A DNA stretch of 64,000 nt, taken from Octopus sinensis (lineage: Eukaryota). The notes beneath the pieces are model-generated. The model did no database searches and was not told the origin of the DNA. It saw nothing but the letters and a program-made list of their open reading frames with translations. The DNA is taken from assembly GCF_006345805.1 (NCBI RefSeq), contig NC_042997.1, positions 185,256,001 to 185,320,000 on the forward strand, given 5' to 3'. Both the position numbers and the translations under genes were made by a program. Every line of letters starts with the position of its first letter. Positions within the stretch are counted from its first letter, which is position 1. Shown here in pieces: positions 1-10,956 of this stretch.

Positions 1-1409
1 AAATCGTCTTTGTTCGGGTTCATAAGAAACTGAGTTTCACAAAGAAAAGATCTAGTGACGACTATAACCTATTAAGAAATTTATGATAATACGTAAAATA
101 TTCCATAATTTTTTATCTGTTGGTAAATACGTATACACATGCGTAAGCACACAAACATAGAAATCCACTCAGGCAATTACATACATGCACGCATATAATT
201 TGCAAGGACGTACGTGACTACATAACTGTCGAGTTTTAGTTCTCTATAATTTTGGTTTCATAATTTTAGCTATAATTTTTCGTTCGTGATTTCTTTATCG
301 GAGGACTTAATTATGGCAACTAAGTACCCCAGTACCAATCTCAACAAGACAGAGTTTCACAAAACCAAAAAAGAATATGGTTAATTAGACAATAATAATT
401 ATAAGTGACGTCATTAATTGAACATTAAATGCATTTGGAAAATTCTTGAGGTTAAGCCTGTTGAGTACATGTACACGTAAACGTATGAATGTTTACACAT
501 ACATAAGTCAATACACAGATCCACACATTTGATATGCATTCATTGAAGCACACGTCTACAAATACATCCATCAATGCATACATAACCACACACACACACA
601 CACGAACGTACATACATACAGACAGACAAACTACAAGCATAATCATTAAGTACAAATTGCTTTAGGAAAAGTTTTTCCATTCATTACATCGAAACATTTC
701 TGAGAATTTCCCAAGAATATTAACTTTCAACATTCTCATATGCGACAGTTCTGTAGATTGAATGACCCAATACTAGGATTGCTAACGACCACTTTAGTTG
801 CTAAGTGCTTCTGTTAAATTTACCTCTCTTTATATATCCTCGTCTCTCACTTTCCCTTTCTTTGTTGGTTTTCCTCCTCCTCTCCCTCTCTGTCTCTGTC
901 TGTATGTCTCTCTCTCTCTCTCTCCCCCTCTCTCGTGCATGATCTATTTCAGCATACTTCCATCATTATTCATGAATTTCTTCCTCTCAGCTCCTACTTT
1001 CTTTACCCCATTTTTCTTTTTCTTCTGTTTCCTCCACTTCTCTCACTTTATTATCTACTGCAATCTTTTAACTTTCACTCCATTTCTCTTAATTATTTCG
1101 ACTACGTCTTTCAAATACTCTCTATGTATTTAGTTCTTACTATATACGCTTCACTTGTGCATGAGATCTGTATGTTCATCTGTCTGCCTATCCAATAATT
1201 TTGCTTATTTTACTTCATATGTTTGTGTACGTGCATAAAGCATGTGCATGGACAGTGTTGACAAGAAGTTCACTGCCAGTGCAAACAACATTAAAAATAA
1301 ACTGTCACTCTGGAACATGCCTATTTATTATTTAATTCTGTTTGTAATAACAGGTGTTGTTTTAGTAGTTGTCAGTGATAACTGTGAGGACTATGATGTG
1401 GTCAGACTT

Positions 1410-2310
1410 TCAGTAACATTCACCATCGTAGCTGATAGTTTTGCAAGGTGTAGTGATTCTATCATCCATAAATGTGGGACGATGAAAAACGTTGTTAAAG
1501 TGATGAATTACATAAAATCGCATTCCCTATAGTGCTGACTTTTTACATCCCTACGTGAAACTATGGATTATGATTTTAAGTGTTTACTACTTTATACAGA
1601 AGTGCGATGGCCCTCGAAAGGGAAAGTGCTCTCTCGATTTATCTCTATGCGAACTGAAATATGTTTCTTCGATGCTGAAAATTCGGATTTGAATTTCTTA
1701 ACAATGATAATTGGTGGTTGGAAGTAGTATTTCTTTTTCAGAAGTTGAACGTTTTAAATTTGAGTCTGCAAGGAGCTAACGAAAATATTACAATTACAAG
1801 CAAATTAGAGTCTTTCATTGACAAGTTAGAACTGTGCATAAGGAAAGTTAAAACTCACCGCTTGATTGCTTCCCAGGCGTAGAGGCTTTTCCAGACAGGT
1901 TAAAAATCTTGTCAGAAGTGCAGAAGACAGTAGAAAACCTCTCTGTATCATTTGCTAAGTATTTGTCACTACTTCATTATCAAATGCAAGAGTCGATCAC
2001 CAGTTCTTTCGCAAGATACGACATTACATATCTGCTATTAACATTAACAGAAGAAGAGAATTTAATAGACTTGAAAAACGATCACGTGCACAAAGCCGCA
2101 TTTTCTGTGATAGAATTGTCAGAATTTTGGACTTCGCTTTGGAGCCAATATTTTCGATTAGCGACTACAGCTGTTAAATCTTTGTTGCCCTTTGGATCAT
2201 CGTATCCTTGCGAAATAGGTATCTCTGCCAGGAGAAAAGCACAACATCGGATAGAATGACTTGCTGCATTTGTTCCTGTGCTCTGCACGCCAATTTCAAA
2301 TCTCACTACG
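1410..2310 (+). mobile_element. Degenerate hAT transposase relic (Charlie/Buster-like, ZBED5/SCAND3-type)
   Basis: Translation with stops and frameshifts gives MKNVVKVMNYIKSHSL...LLLYTEVRWPSKGKVLSRF, then LIDLKND...ELSEFW.SL...LA..AVKSLLPFGSSYPCE. These match the hAT TEVRWLS motif and the C-terminal dimerisation motif (LLPF.STYLCE). No convincing TIRs seen. Confidence 0.85.
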
Positions 2311-2374
2311 GTTAGCTTTTTCCTTTCATTTTTTTCCAGTTAAATAAATAAAATATTTGTCAGTTATTGGATTC

Positions 2375-2420
<46 letters not shown>

Positions 2421-3295
2421 GGCTCTATCTGAATGAAATCGGGATGTAGGAAGGGCTGTGCGAGAATTCTCAATAACGTCTCTTTACACAGATAGGGATA
2501 ACGATGATGGAGGAAACAAGTACTTCGTATCTTGGAAGAAATTCACCTGTCCTAGGACAGACCAACGTTAATACAGCATGAAACGGGAAAAAAGATATCA
2601 GGCCGCTACACTTGGCATATTTTACAGTCATTTATAACAGTTTATAAAATCAAATCCTACATTTTAATTCACGTTGTATATATAAAATGAAAGTAATCGT
2701 CCATGCTCTAATGCCTTTATTGTCATATGAACCTTAATAAGGTTGTCCTTCGAGCAAAACAACAATAAATACAAAATACACCTTTTTATACAGCATACAC
2801 TAATAATTAAATGAAATACCGATAACTCTATATTGATATTTTATAAGTGGGTGTTATTCATTGGACGATAAAGCTTTCCAAATCCTATTGTCAGTTTCGT
2901 CAACACACTTATGCGACGTAGGATTTCCGACTATGAACGACAGACAAGAGAAATTTTGTTTGATATTTGAATTCGGCTGTCAGTTTTATCGACTGAAGTT
3001 CTTATCAAAGAAATTTAAGACTAAAAAGCACATTATTTATTTCTTAACAGCAATATAAATTTTAAAGTATTTGAATAACAATTTTTAGTTACTACTTCAA
3101 ATACATAAAAATGCAGAAGAGAAAGGATTGTTATTTTTTCCAATATCTTACATTACACAATACGCGTTCTTAGAAAAACTGAAGGAAACGCTGCAATAAG
3201 TATATGAATCGGAGAGGGGAATATGATGGATAAAATCATAATTAACTCCTGTATTTTCCTTTATCCAAAGCCGGAAAATTTTTAAGTTTCCCCTC

Positions 3296-3298
<3 letters not shown>

Positions 3299-3376
<78 letters not shown>
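3299..3376. repeat. (TA)n microsatellite, representative of dozens in the window
   Basis: Direct reading. Confidence 0.98.
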
Positions 3377-3377
<1 letters not shown>

Positions 3378-3494
3378 CGGGAAGCTTTATGAAAATAGAC
3401 AAAAGACGAAGGCAGGTGGAAAACAAACAAACAATTGTATTAGTATGGCGCTCAGGAAATATAAATAAAACAAGTCTTTAACGTTTCGAGCCTA

Positions 3495-3500
<6 letters not shown>
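3377..3500 (-). mobile_element. PLE-type pseudo-LTR fragment (GAGCGTAGGCTC hammerhead-like family), truncated
   Basis: Homologous to 28139-28312 and 51004-51154. Minus strand reads GAGCGTAGGCTC-GAAACGTTAAAGA; the upstream core is replaced by (CT)n. Confidence 0.6.
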
Positions 3501-3542
<42 letters not shown>

Positions 3543-4046
3543 TTATGCGTGTGTATACAGTATATATACATATATATATTTTTTTTTTACGAATTTGTGT
3601 ATAGAATTATATGTCAGTTGAATAAAGTTAAAACATGGTTTGGTTTTCACGTTTTTTTATTATGATATTTAAAAAAATATAATTTTTTACAATATTGAAG
3701 TGTGTTTAACATTAAAAAATATGTTATAATGTTCATTAAGTTCAATTAGCGTTTTCATACGTTCGGAGTAATCATCAGATTTCAAAATGTATATAACTGA
3801 CATTTGAGTTCTTGACAATTGTAATAAAATGACCAAATCCTTAGAATAAATCTGGAATAATTCAACATCCTCTTCAACAATCTATACCCTAGTTTTAAAT
3901 TCACATGAGAGAAATGAGCAAATGGTAATTAAAATCAACACCACAATCACAACTGATATTTATTACAAAAGCAGAGATGCACACCACTAACTAAATTTCA
4001 ACTCATGCCATCCAACACACGCAAAACGCAAATTTGTACTATACAC

Positions 4047-4086
4047 TTTTACTCTTTTACTGCGGCCATGCTGAAGCACCGCCTTT
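4047..4086 (-). mobile_element. SINE/LINE 3' tail fused directly to the U6 3' end
   Basis: Minus strand AAAGGCGGTGCTTCAGCATGGCCGCAGTAAAAGAGTAAAAG matches the 3' tail of family-A SINEs in this window (e.g. 48238-48300), with an internal deletion. Confidence 0.9.
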
Positions 4087-4194
4087 AAAAAATATGGAAC
4101 GCTTCACGAATTTGCGTGTCATCCTTGTGCAGAGGCCATGCTAATCTTCCCTGTATCGTTCCAATTTTAGAATATGTACCACCGTAGCTACTAC
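4087..4194 (-). pseudogene. U6: Full-length U6 snRNA retrocopy
   Basis: Minus strand reads GTAGTAGCTACGGTGGTACATATTCTAAAATTGGAACGATACAGGGAAGATTAGCATGGCCTCTGCACAAGGATGACACGCAAATTCGTGAAGCGTTCCATATTTTTT. This is colinear with metazoan U6 from +1 to the oligo-U end. The ACAGAGA box is mutated to ACAGGGA and there is no U6 promoter context. Confidence 0.96.
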
Positions 4195-5424
4195 ACAGTA
4201 GATGATTCAAAAACCAGGAAGATACGACTTATAGAACTCGAAGTATTTCTGCTCAAGCAAAATAACCCTCTCCTACTTATAGAAAATAGCATACAACGAG
4301 CAAAATAGATACGTATATAGAACAACATAGGGCAACACGAGACAGATGAACCCATCAACAGAAACAATACTATTTCTAGTAGCACACAATCCGCCCACCA
4401 AAATATTTTTAACATCATCGAAACAAATTTGTCAATCATGAAACAAAGTGAAAGATTAAAAAACATAAGTAGTCAAACACTAATCTTAAGCAAAATGGCA
4501 ACCATATAGCCTAAAGAAACTATTAACGAAGTCAAAATTCGTCATGAGCAAACCGGATAAAACATTCACAGTATCTAAGTGTAATGATAACAGACGTGGA
4601 ACGTGTCAATACATGCATACTGGTAGTTCCATTAGAACAAAAAATGGACAGATTTCCGTAAATACAGATACCAACTGCAAAAATAGAAATGTTATCTACT
4701 GAAATTAAATGCCTGAATTGCGAGGCACTATATATTGGCGAGACATGGAATGCATGGAACGCTCACAAGTCCACAGGAGCACTACTGTTCGCCAAATTCC
4801 ATTGAGCGAACATATAGAAACATGTGATCAGAAAATGTTTCTAATTTTTCCTTTCCACAAACTACATGACATAAATGGGGCTGGAAAAAAGATAAAGATA
4901 AACGGTTTATTAAAATGTTCAAACATGTTCTGAACGGAAATAACAACAACACTAAAACAACCAGTAAAGGATATGGATTAAGAAATGTCTTTCACATGTG
5001 GATATAAACAAATTACAGAAAACTACCATCAATTGAAATAAAAACGATCGAAAACAACTAAGTTTGCTCACTTATAAAACCATTACATGTTATCCGCGAA
5101 TAAGTGATTAAAAAAGGTGGGATATATGCCAGTAATATCGGTACGCCCGGCAAAGCGTGTTGTTTAAGCTGCATGCGGATTGGTCAAAACCATATTACAA
5201 AAATCTGGCTTGTTGGAGCTCTTTAAGAGGTACAACAAAAACGAAGAAGTTGGTCATTTTCCTACAAGAAATCAACTGTCAGTTAAATACATTTTGAAAT
5301 CCGATGGTTACTACGAACGTATGAAAGCGATAATTGAACTTTATGAACATTGAAAATCCATATTTTTTAGAATGCCACAATAAAAAAAGGGAAAATCAGA
5401 CCATGTTTTAACTTTATTCAATTA

Positions 5425-5708
5425 ATATAAGATCAAAGAGGAAAAGGATCCCATCAACTTTAAACAGAGTCTGGATAGATTCCTTAAAAGAATACCAGAT
5501 AAGCCACCCATAATTGGATACAACTCATCCAACAAGAACTCACTACTTGAACAAAACTGGATACAACTCACCCGACAAGAACTCACTACTTGAACAAAAC
5601 TTGACTTAAACAGGATTCGAATAATCCTATCAGGTGGTGCTATTAAGTTAGACATGGCCTGGACCAATCTTTGGTCGAAACATAACTAAGTTTTATCTAA
5701 GTTTTATA
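5425..5708 (+). mobile_element. 3' end of CR1-group LINE (family 1), with an internal 43-bp tandem duplication
   Basis: Translates KDPINFKQSLDRFLKRIPDKPPIIGYNSSNKNSLLEQN (FK..LD.FL..IPD.P..NSL C-terminal motif). Ends in CTAAGTTTTAT repeats. A second copy lies at 62416-62650 on the minus strand. Confidence 0.8.
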
Positions 5709-5725
5709 TATATATATACATATAT

Positions 5726-5787
<62 letters not shown>

Positions 5788-5794
<7 letters not shown>

Positions 5795-6012
5795 AAACTG
5801 AGAATGGGTGTCTGTCTGTGTGTTTCCCTGAAAAATGAGAACTACACAACCAATTTCATTCGAATTTTACACATGTCTTACTTAGGGTCCGGGGAGTGTC
5901 ATCGGCAAACAAATGTTTAACTTCTTGCCTAGATCGAGCCCACAGCAATATCATATCTTCTTCACTATTTCAGTATTACGTGTTGAAAGTGAAACAAAAA
6001 TCTCTCTCTATT
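5788..6012 (+). mobile_element. 5' part of a non-autonomous Helitron-like element
   Basis: Starts TATATAAAACTGAGAATG-GTGTCTGTCTGTG followed by CCAATTTCATTCGAATTTTAC. This is the same 5' layout as the Helitrons at 46375 and 56167. Confidence 0.5.
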
Positions 6013-6023
6013 GTAAGTATATA

Positions 6024-6082
<59 letters not shown>

Positions 6083-6366
6083 GGTGTATATATAAACATA
6101 TACTGTGTATGTATATATATACATATATATTTTAAAACAATACAAAAAAACTCACGCACACACGCTCTCGCACACGCACACACACACACGAGTGTAAATA
6201 CATGTATGTATGTATGCATGTATATATATATATAAGAATTAAAATGGAGGACAAGAGATGGAACGAACCGACGAATCGAAAACGAACCCGACGCGAGGCG
6301 CTGTCAGACAATAATGTAATAATTAAAATATATGCATACATACAAACATATATGTACGTACCTACA

Positions 6367-6438
<72 letters not shown>

Positions 6439-6805
6439 TATGTATGTATGTATTATGTATGTATGTATGTATGTATGTATGTATGTATGTTTGCATGTAT
6501 ATCGTATTTCTTATTCGATATCGTTTCTTACTCGATATGGCTTCGGTCATTCTGAAGCGCTTCTTCCTGTATGTAAATAAATTTATAAATATCTGTTTTG
6601 AGATACGAATAATCATTATTTTTAATCCAATTAAACCATCAAGTATCGCGATAGAGATAATCGACAAAAATAAGAAGAAAAAAGAATCCCCAAACAAACG
6701 GCAGACCAAATCTATATTTTCTGAGTTGTTGTTCTTCGAAACAATTACTCTGTTTTGTAGACACTTGACCTATATTGTAGTCAATTGCGCCGTTTGTAGT
6801 CATAT

Positions 6806-7165
6806 ATATTTCTTTACTACCCACAAGGGGCTAAACACAGAGGGGACAAACAAGGACAGACAAAGGGATGAAGTCGATTACATCGACCCCAGTGCGCAAC
6901 TGGTACTTAATTTATCGATCCCGAAAGGATGAAAGGCAAAGTCGACCTCGGCGGAATTTGAACTCAGAACGTAAAGGCAGACGAAATACCCATTTCTTTA
7001 CTACCCACGAGGGACTAAACACAGAAAGGACAAACAAGGACAGACAAAGGGATGAAGTCGATTACATCGACCCCAGTGCGCAACTGGTACTTAATTTATC
7101 GACCCCGAAAGGCAAAGTCGACCTCGGCGGAATTTGAACTCAGAACGTAACGGCAGACGAAATAG
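6806..7165 (-). mobile_element. Family-B (Meta-domain-like) tRNA SINE, two tandem body units, head missing
   Basis: Two approximately 175-bp copies of the reverse complement of GTTCTGAGTTCAAATTCCGCCGAGGTCGACTTTGCCTTTCATCCTTTCGGG...GTAGTAAAGAAAT. Confidence 0.85.
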
Positions 7166-7237
7166 AGAGGCGCTGCTATTTCTTGTTTCCTTCTAGCGCT
7201 AATGCAATGGACTGTTTCACAGAAGTAACTAATAATC

Positions 7238-7660
7238 TTTTACCTTTTACTTGTTTCATCTATTAGACTGCGGCCATGCTAGAGCTTCGCGTTGAGGAAT
7301 TTCAGTTGAACGAACCAACCCGACTACTTATTATTTTTAACCATGGAACAATCGGTTTTTTTTTTCTGAAACGTTAACTTGTCCGGATGTAAACACACCA
7401 ATACCATTTGGCATGTGGTGTGGTGGAGGACCAGCAGAGGCACAAAAACATACACAAACATACACACACACAAATACAACCACATACGCGCGCATACACA
7501 TGTTTGTATATATATACAATTACAACGGCCTTCTTTTACATTCCGTCAACCAAATCAACTCATCAGGCCGAGTAGACGACAATTGCTCAAGATGCCATGC
7601 AGTGAGATTGAACACAGATCCATATGGTTAGGAAGGAAACTGCTGACCACACAGCATCGG
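7238..7660 (-). mobile_element. Family-A tRNA SINE, degenerate
   Basis: Tail TTTTACTTGTTTCA..GACTGCGGCCATGCT, internal (CA)/(TA) tract and diverged head region. Confidence 0.75.
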
Positions 7661-7859
7661 AGTTTCGTCGTCCCTTTCGCTTTCTGATCCCACTCAACGA
7701 AATACTCGATCTGATACTTTTTCTCAATTGCATCCAGTTGGATTTCTCTCTCCATTTACGTTTTTCTACATACCTCACTATTCAGCCGTTGAACCCGTTG
7801 AACAAGTTTCGCGTAAATCGGACTACGGGGCCCCGAAATACGCGTTTTTTCACGTAGTT

Positions 7860-7897
7860 TGAACTATTGGTGACCCAAATGTTTACGGGTAGTCTAG
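7860..7897 (+). mobile_element. Helitron-like 3' terminus
   Basis: ACCC-loop-GGGT hairpin followed 3 nt later by CTAG|T. Confidence 0.4.
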
Positions 7898-7931
7898 TGT
7901 ATGTATATATATGCATATATATATATATTAT

Positions 7932-8019
<88 letters not shown>

Positions 8020-8275
8020 TATAGTAGTTAGGCTGCTGCACTCACGATCGCTAAATCGTGGGTTCGATGCCCTAACTGGGTGTTGGGTTGCATTCTTGAG
8101 CGAAGCACTTCATTTCACATTGTTCCAGTCCCCCTTCGATCAGGGGCGAATGCTGGCCTGCTCGACTAGCCACCGTGGTAGCGTTATTTGAAGGCTAAAA
8201 CAATGCAAAAGCGCATTATGATTAGCGATGTATAACATCACACAGCCTGGTCTGTCACGTGACCACGTTATGATA
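8020..8275 (+). mobile_element. Family-C tRNA SINE
   Basis: B-box GGGTTCGATGCCC and CTTGAGCGAAGCACTTCATTTCAC core shared with 33503-33763. The tail matches the reverse complement of 9412-9490. Confidence 0.7.
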
Positions 8276-9130
8276 TACACAGACCCACACGCGGGTGTGC
8301 GCACACACGCACACATATATGTATATACGTGAATATGTGACTCATGTGTCCTTAGGTGTGTAATGTCGGTATGTATGTATACACCTCTCTACTTCATTTC
8401 TCTATATCTCTTGTCTTATTTATCAATGCATCTCGGTACCAGGGCAGAGATCTAACATCAATACCGTGTGAATGAATAAACTCGACAACACATATTGAAT
8501 GGTCTTTCAGTCTCGTTGATATACATGTGTGTGTGTGTGTGTGTTTGTGCCTATAATCATTTAACCTATGTTTATATCAAAAGTCTTCCGAAACATGGAA
8601 TTTGATATCACACATACATACAAAAAAAAAAAGAAGAAAAATGCCTTACGGAAAAAGGGATTGAAAGATTGTCCCTATTTGACGCGTGATTCATTTGTTT
8701 GTGGTAATTTTGTGGAGCGTGTAGGAGGAGGAATACGCGTGAGAAATAAACAGAAGATAAGGAAAAGCACATATGAGTTATTGTTGATGGACATAATACA
8801 GAAATAAGTTCTTTAAATAGATTTCCGTACATGTGTGATGGAGGCCCTTTCCCTCGTTGACTAGGATCTTTATATTCATGTCTCGTGGTTTAATCAATGA
8901 AGTCAAATAGAACATTTAATCCCATTTCTCTGTTTAAATAAATTGTCTAATGGATAGGGTAGAAGAAGCCTTACTATGTATGTATGTATGTATGTATGTA
9001 TGTATGTACGTATGTATGTATGTATGTATGTATGTATGTATGTATGTATGTATTATGTATGTATGTATGCATATATGTATGTAAGTAGGTATGTATGTAA
9101 GTATGTATGTGCGTGTCGATGTGTATATAT

Positions 9131-9179
<49 letters not shown>

Positions 9180-9191
9180 TCAAAATGTGAC

Positions 9192-9391
9192 CGCGTGTGT
9201 ATCGTTGGCGATTTTTTCCCTCCATCTTCCCTTCCTTGGATCTTTCCTTTCCCTATGTTTTTGACGAAGAGCTCCGCTCGAAACGTTAAATCCTCCTTCT
9301 TTCTTTCCTTTCCTTAGCATCCAATAAAACTATACTTGTTCCACGTCCTCGCGTTGTGTTTTCTCTTTTTGTTTTCATGTTTGGATTAACT
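9192..9391 (+). mobile_element. PLE-type pseudo-LTR fragment with hammerhead-like motif (GAGCTCCGCTC family)
   Basis: TTGACGA-A-GAGC-TCC-GCTC-GAAACGTT-AAA at 9261-9290. Homologous to 50753-50963. Confidence 0.65.
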
Positions 9392-9411
9392 ATTTATATA
9401 TATATATATAT

Positions 9412-9490
9412 TTCACGTGATCACGTGACCGACCAGACCATCAGATGTTGCTACACATCGCTGGTCACAATGCGTTCGCATTGTTTTACT
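9412..9490 (-). mobile_element. Isolated 3' tail of family-C SINE
   Basis: CACGTGATCACGTGACCGACCAGACCATCAGATGTTGCTACACATCGCTGGTCACAATGCG is the reverse complement of the 8200-8270 tail. Confidence 0.65.
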
Positions 9491-9585
9491 CTTTTATGCG
9501 TTTCAGCCCGAAGCTGAAACGCATAATGTAGAAGCGTGTGCGTGTATGAATGTATATATGCGTGTCTATGACGTTAATTCTGTTA

Positions 9586-9992
9586 TTTCTTTTCCTTGTT
9601 TCAGTCATTTGACTGCAGCCATGCTGGAGCACCACCTTTAGTCGAACAAATCGATCTCAGGCCTTATTCTTTGTAAACCTAGTGCTTTTTCTATCGGTCC
9701 TTTTTGCCGAACCGCTAATTTACGGGGACGAAAACACGCCAACATCGGTTGTCAAACGGTGGTGGGGGAACAAACACAGCCACAGAAATACACATACACA
9801 CACATAAACACATATATATATATATATATATATACCCTTTGGGTTTCTTTCAGTTTCTGTCTACCAAAATCCATTCACAAGGTTTTTGTTAGCCAGCGGC
9901 TATAGTAGAAGGCACCTGCTCAAGGTGCCACGTAGTGGGACCAAACCCAGAACCATGTGATTTGGAAGAAAGCGTCTAACCACAGCCACACA
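9586..9992 (-). mobile_element. Family-A tRNA SINE
   Basis: Colinear with 31094-31526 and 38707-39115. Confidence 0.88.
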
Positions 9993-10565
9993 CTGCTTAA
10001 AAGCTGCTCATATTGTTTGGGTCAGGCAACCTAGCAGTTCAACAAATAATGATGATATCATAATAAGAGAGGTAAAAATCAGAGCAGGAATCGAAATGGT
10101 TCGACTAAAGCCTTGAAGACGGTGCCCAGCATAGTTATTTTAATACATTTATTCATCGGTGAACTGCCTTGCGAATACTATAAATAATATAAACGATGTA
10201 GCTACAATAGATTATGCCTTCGATTTTCTTCCATAGTTTATCAGTCCATTGTTTTACGAATATTATAAATGCTCTGTGCATAACAGATTATAACATCGAT
10301 TTTGTTCCATAGTTATAGTGTTACATATATAGTGCTAGTGGAATAATACAGATTGGGATCAATTGTTTTTTTCTTCTAGATTTGATAAACAGCATAAAGT
10401 ACTACTCAAGAACTGCGATCAATAGTATCGACTTCACCCGTCCCAAACAATTTGTGATGTTGTAACTATGTTAGAGACCAATATTAGTATGATGAATTAG
10501 CAGAATCGGTAGAGCGCAAAACAAGTCAGTAGCTTTTATTGTTGTATAGTTAAATGCATATTTTG

Positions 10566-10956
10566 CGGTGGAGGCGCAATGGCCCAGTGGTTAGGGCAGC
10601 GGACTCGCGGTCGTAGGATCGCGGTTTCGATTCCCAGACCGGGCGTTGTGAGTGTTTATTGAGCGAAAACACCTAAAAGCTCCACGAGGCTCCGGCAGGG
10701 GATTGTGGTGATCCCTGCTGTACTCTTTCACCACAACATTCTCTCACTTTTACTTCCTGTTTCTGTTGTACCTGTATTTCAAAGGGCCGGCCTTGTCGTT
10801 CTCTGTGTCACGCTGAATATCCCCGAGAACTACGTTAAGGGTACACGTGTCTGTGGAGTGCTCAGCCACTTACACGTTAATTTCATGAGCAGGCTGTTCC
10901 GTTGATTCGGATCAACCGGAACCCTCGTCGTCGTAACCGACGGAGTGCTTCCCAGT
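10566..10956 (+). mobile_element. Family-D tRNA SINE, full length, with 8-bp TSD
   Basis: A box TGGCCCAGTGG and B box GGTTTCGATTCCC. ATATTTTG is duplicated at 10558-10565 and 10957-10964. Confidence 0.9.

Larger units (their letters stand above)
3615..5425 (+). mobile_element. 5'-truncated Penelope-like retroelement (RT C-terminus plus GIY-YIG endonuclease) with inverted pseudo-LTR at its 5' end
   Basis: Translations: NLYPSFKFT, TDIYYKSRDAHH*LNFNSCHPTHAKRK, RLIELEVFLLKQNNPLLLIENSIQRAK, KCNDNRRGTCQYM, NCKNRNVIY / IKCLNCEALYIGET (GIY-YIG). Region 3615-3838 is the reverse complement of about 5248-5425. Confidence 0.88.

Noticed and set aside
4087-4194. Functional U6 gene
   Set aside because: The ACAGAGA box is mutated, the 5' stem-loop is disrupted, the upstream sequence is PLE ORF and not a U6 promoter, and it is fused to a retroelement tail.
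6806-7165. CRISPR-like or satellite array
   Set aside because: The repeats are approximately 175-bp SINE body units with no spacers, in a eukaryotic context.
5788-7897. Single 2.1-kb Helitron joining the 5' fragment at 5788 to the CTAG end at 7897
   Set aside because: Nothing in the sequence links the two ends; they may belong to different families.
10570-10645. tRNA gene
   Set aside because: A and B boxes are present, but the sequence continues into a SINE body bounded by a TSD and I could not complete a cloverleaf.
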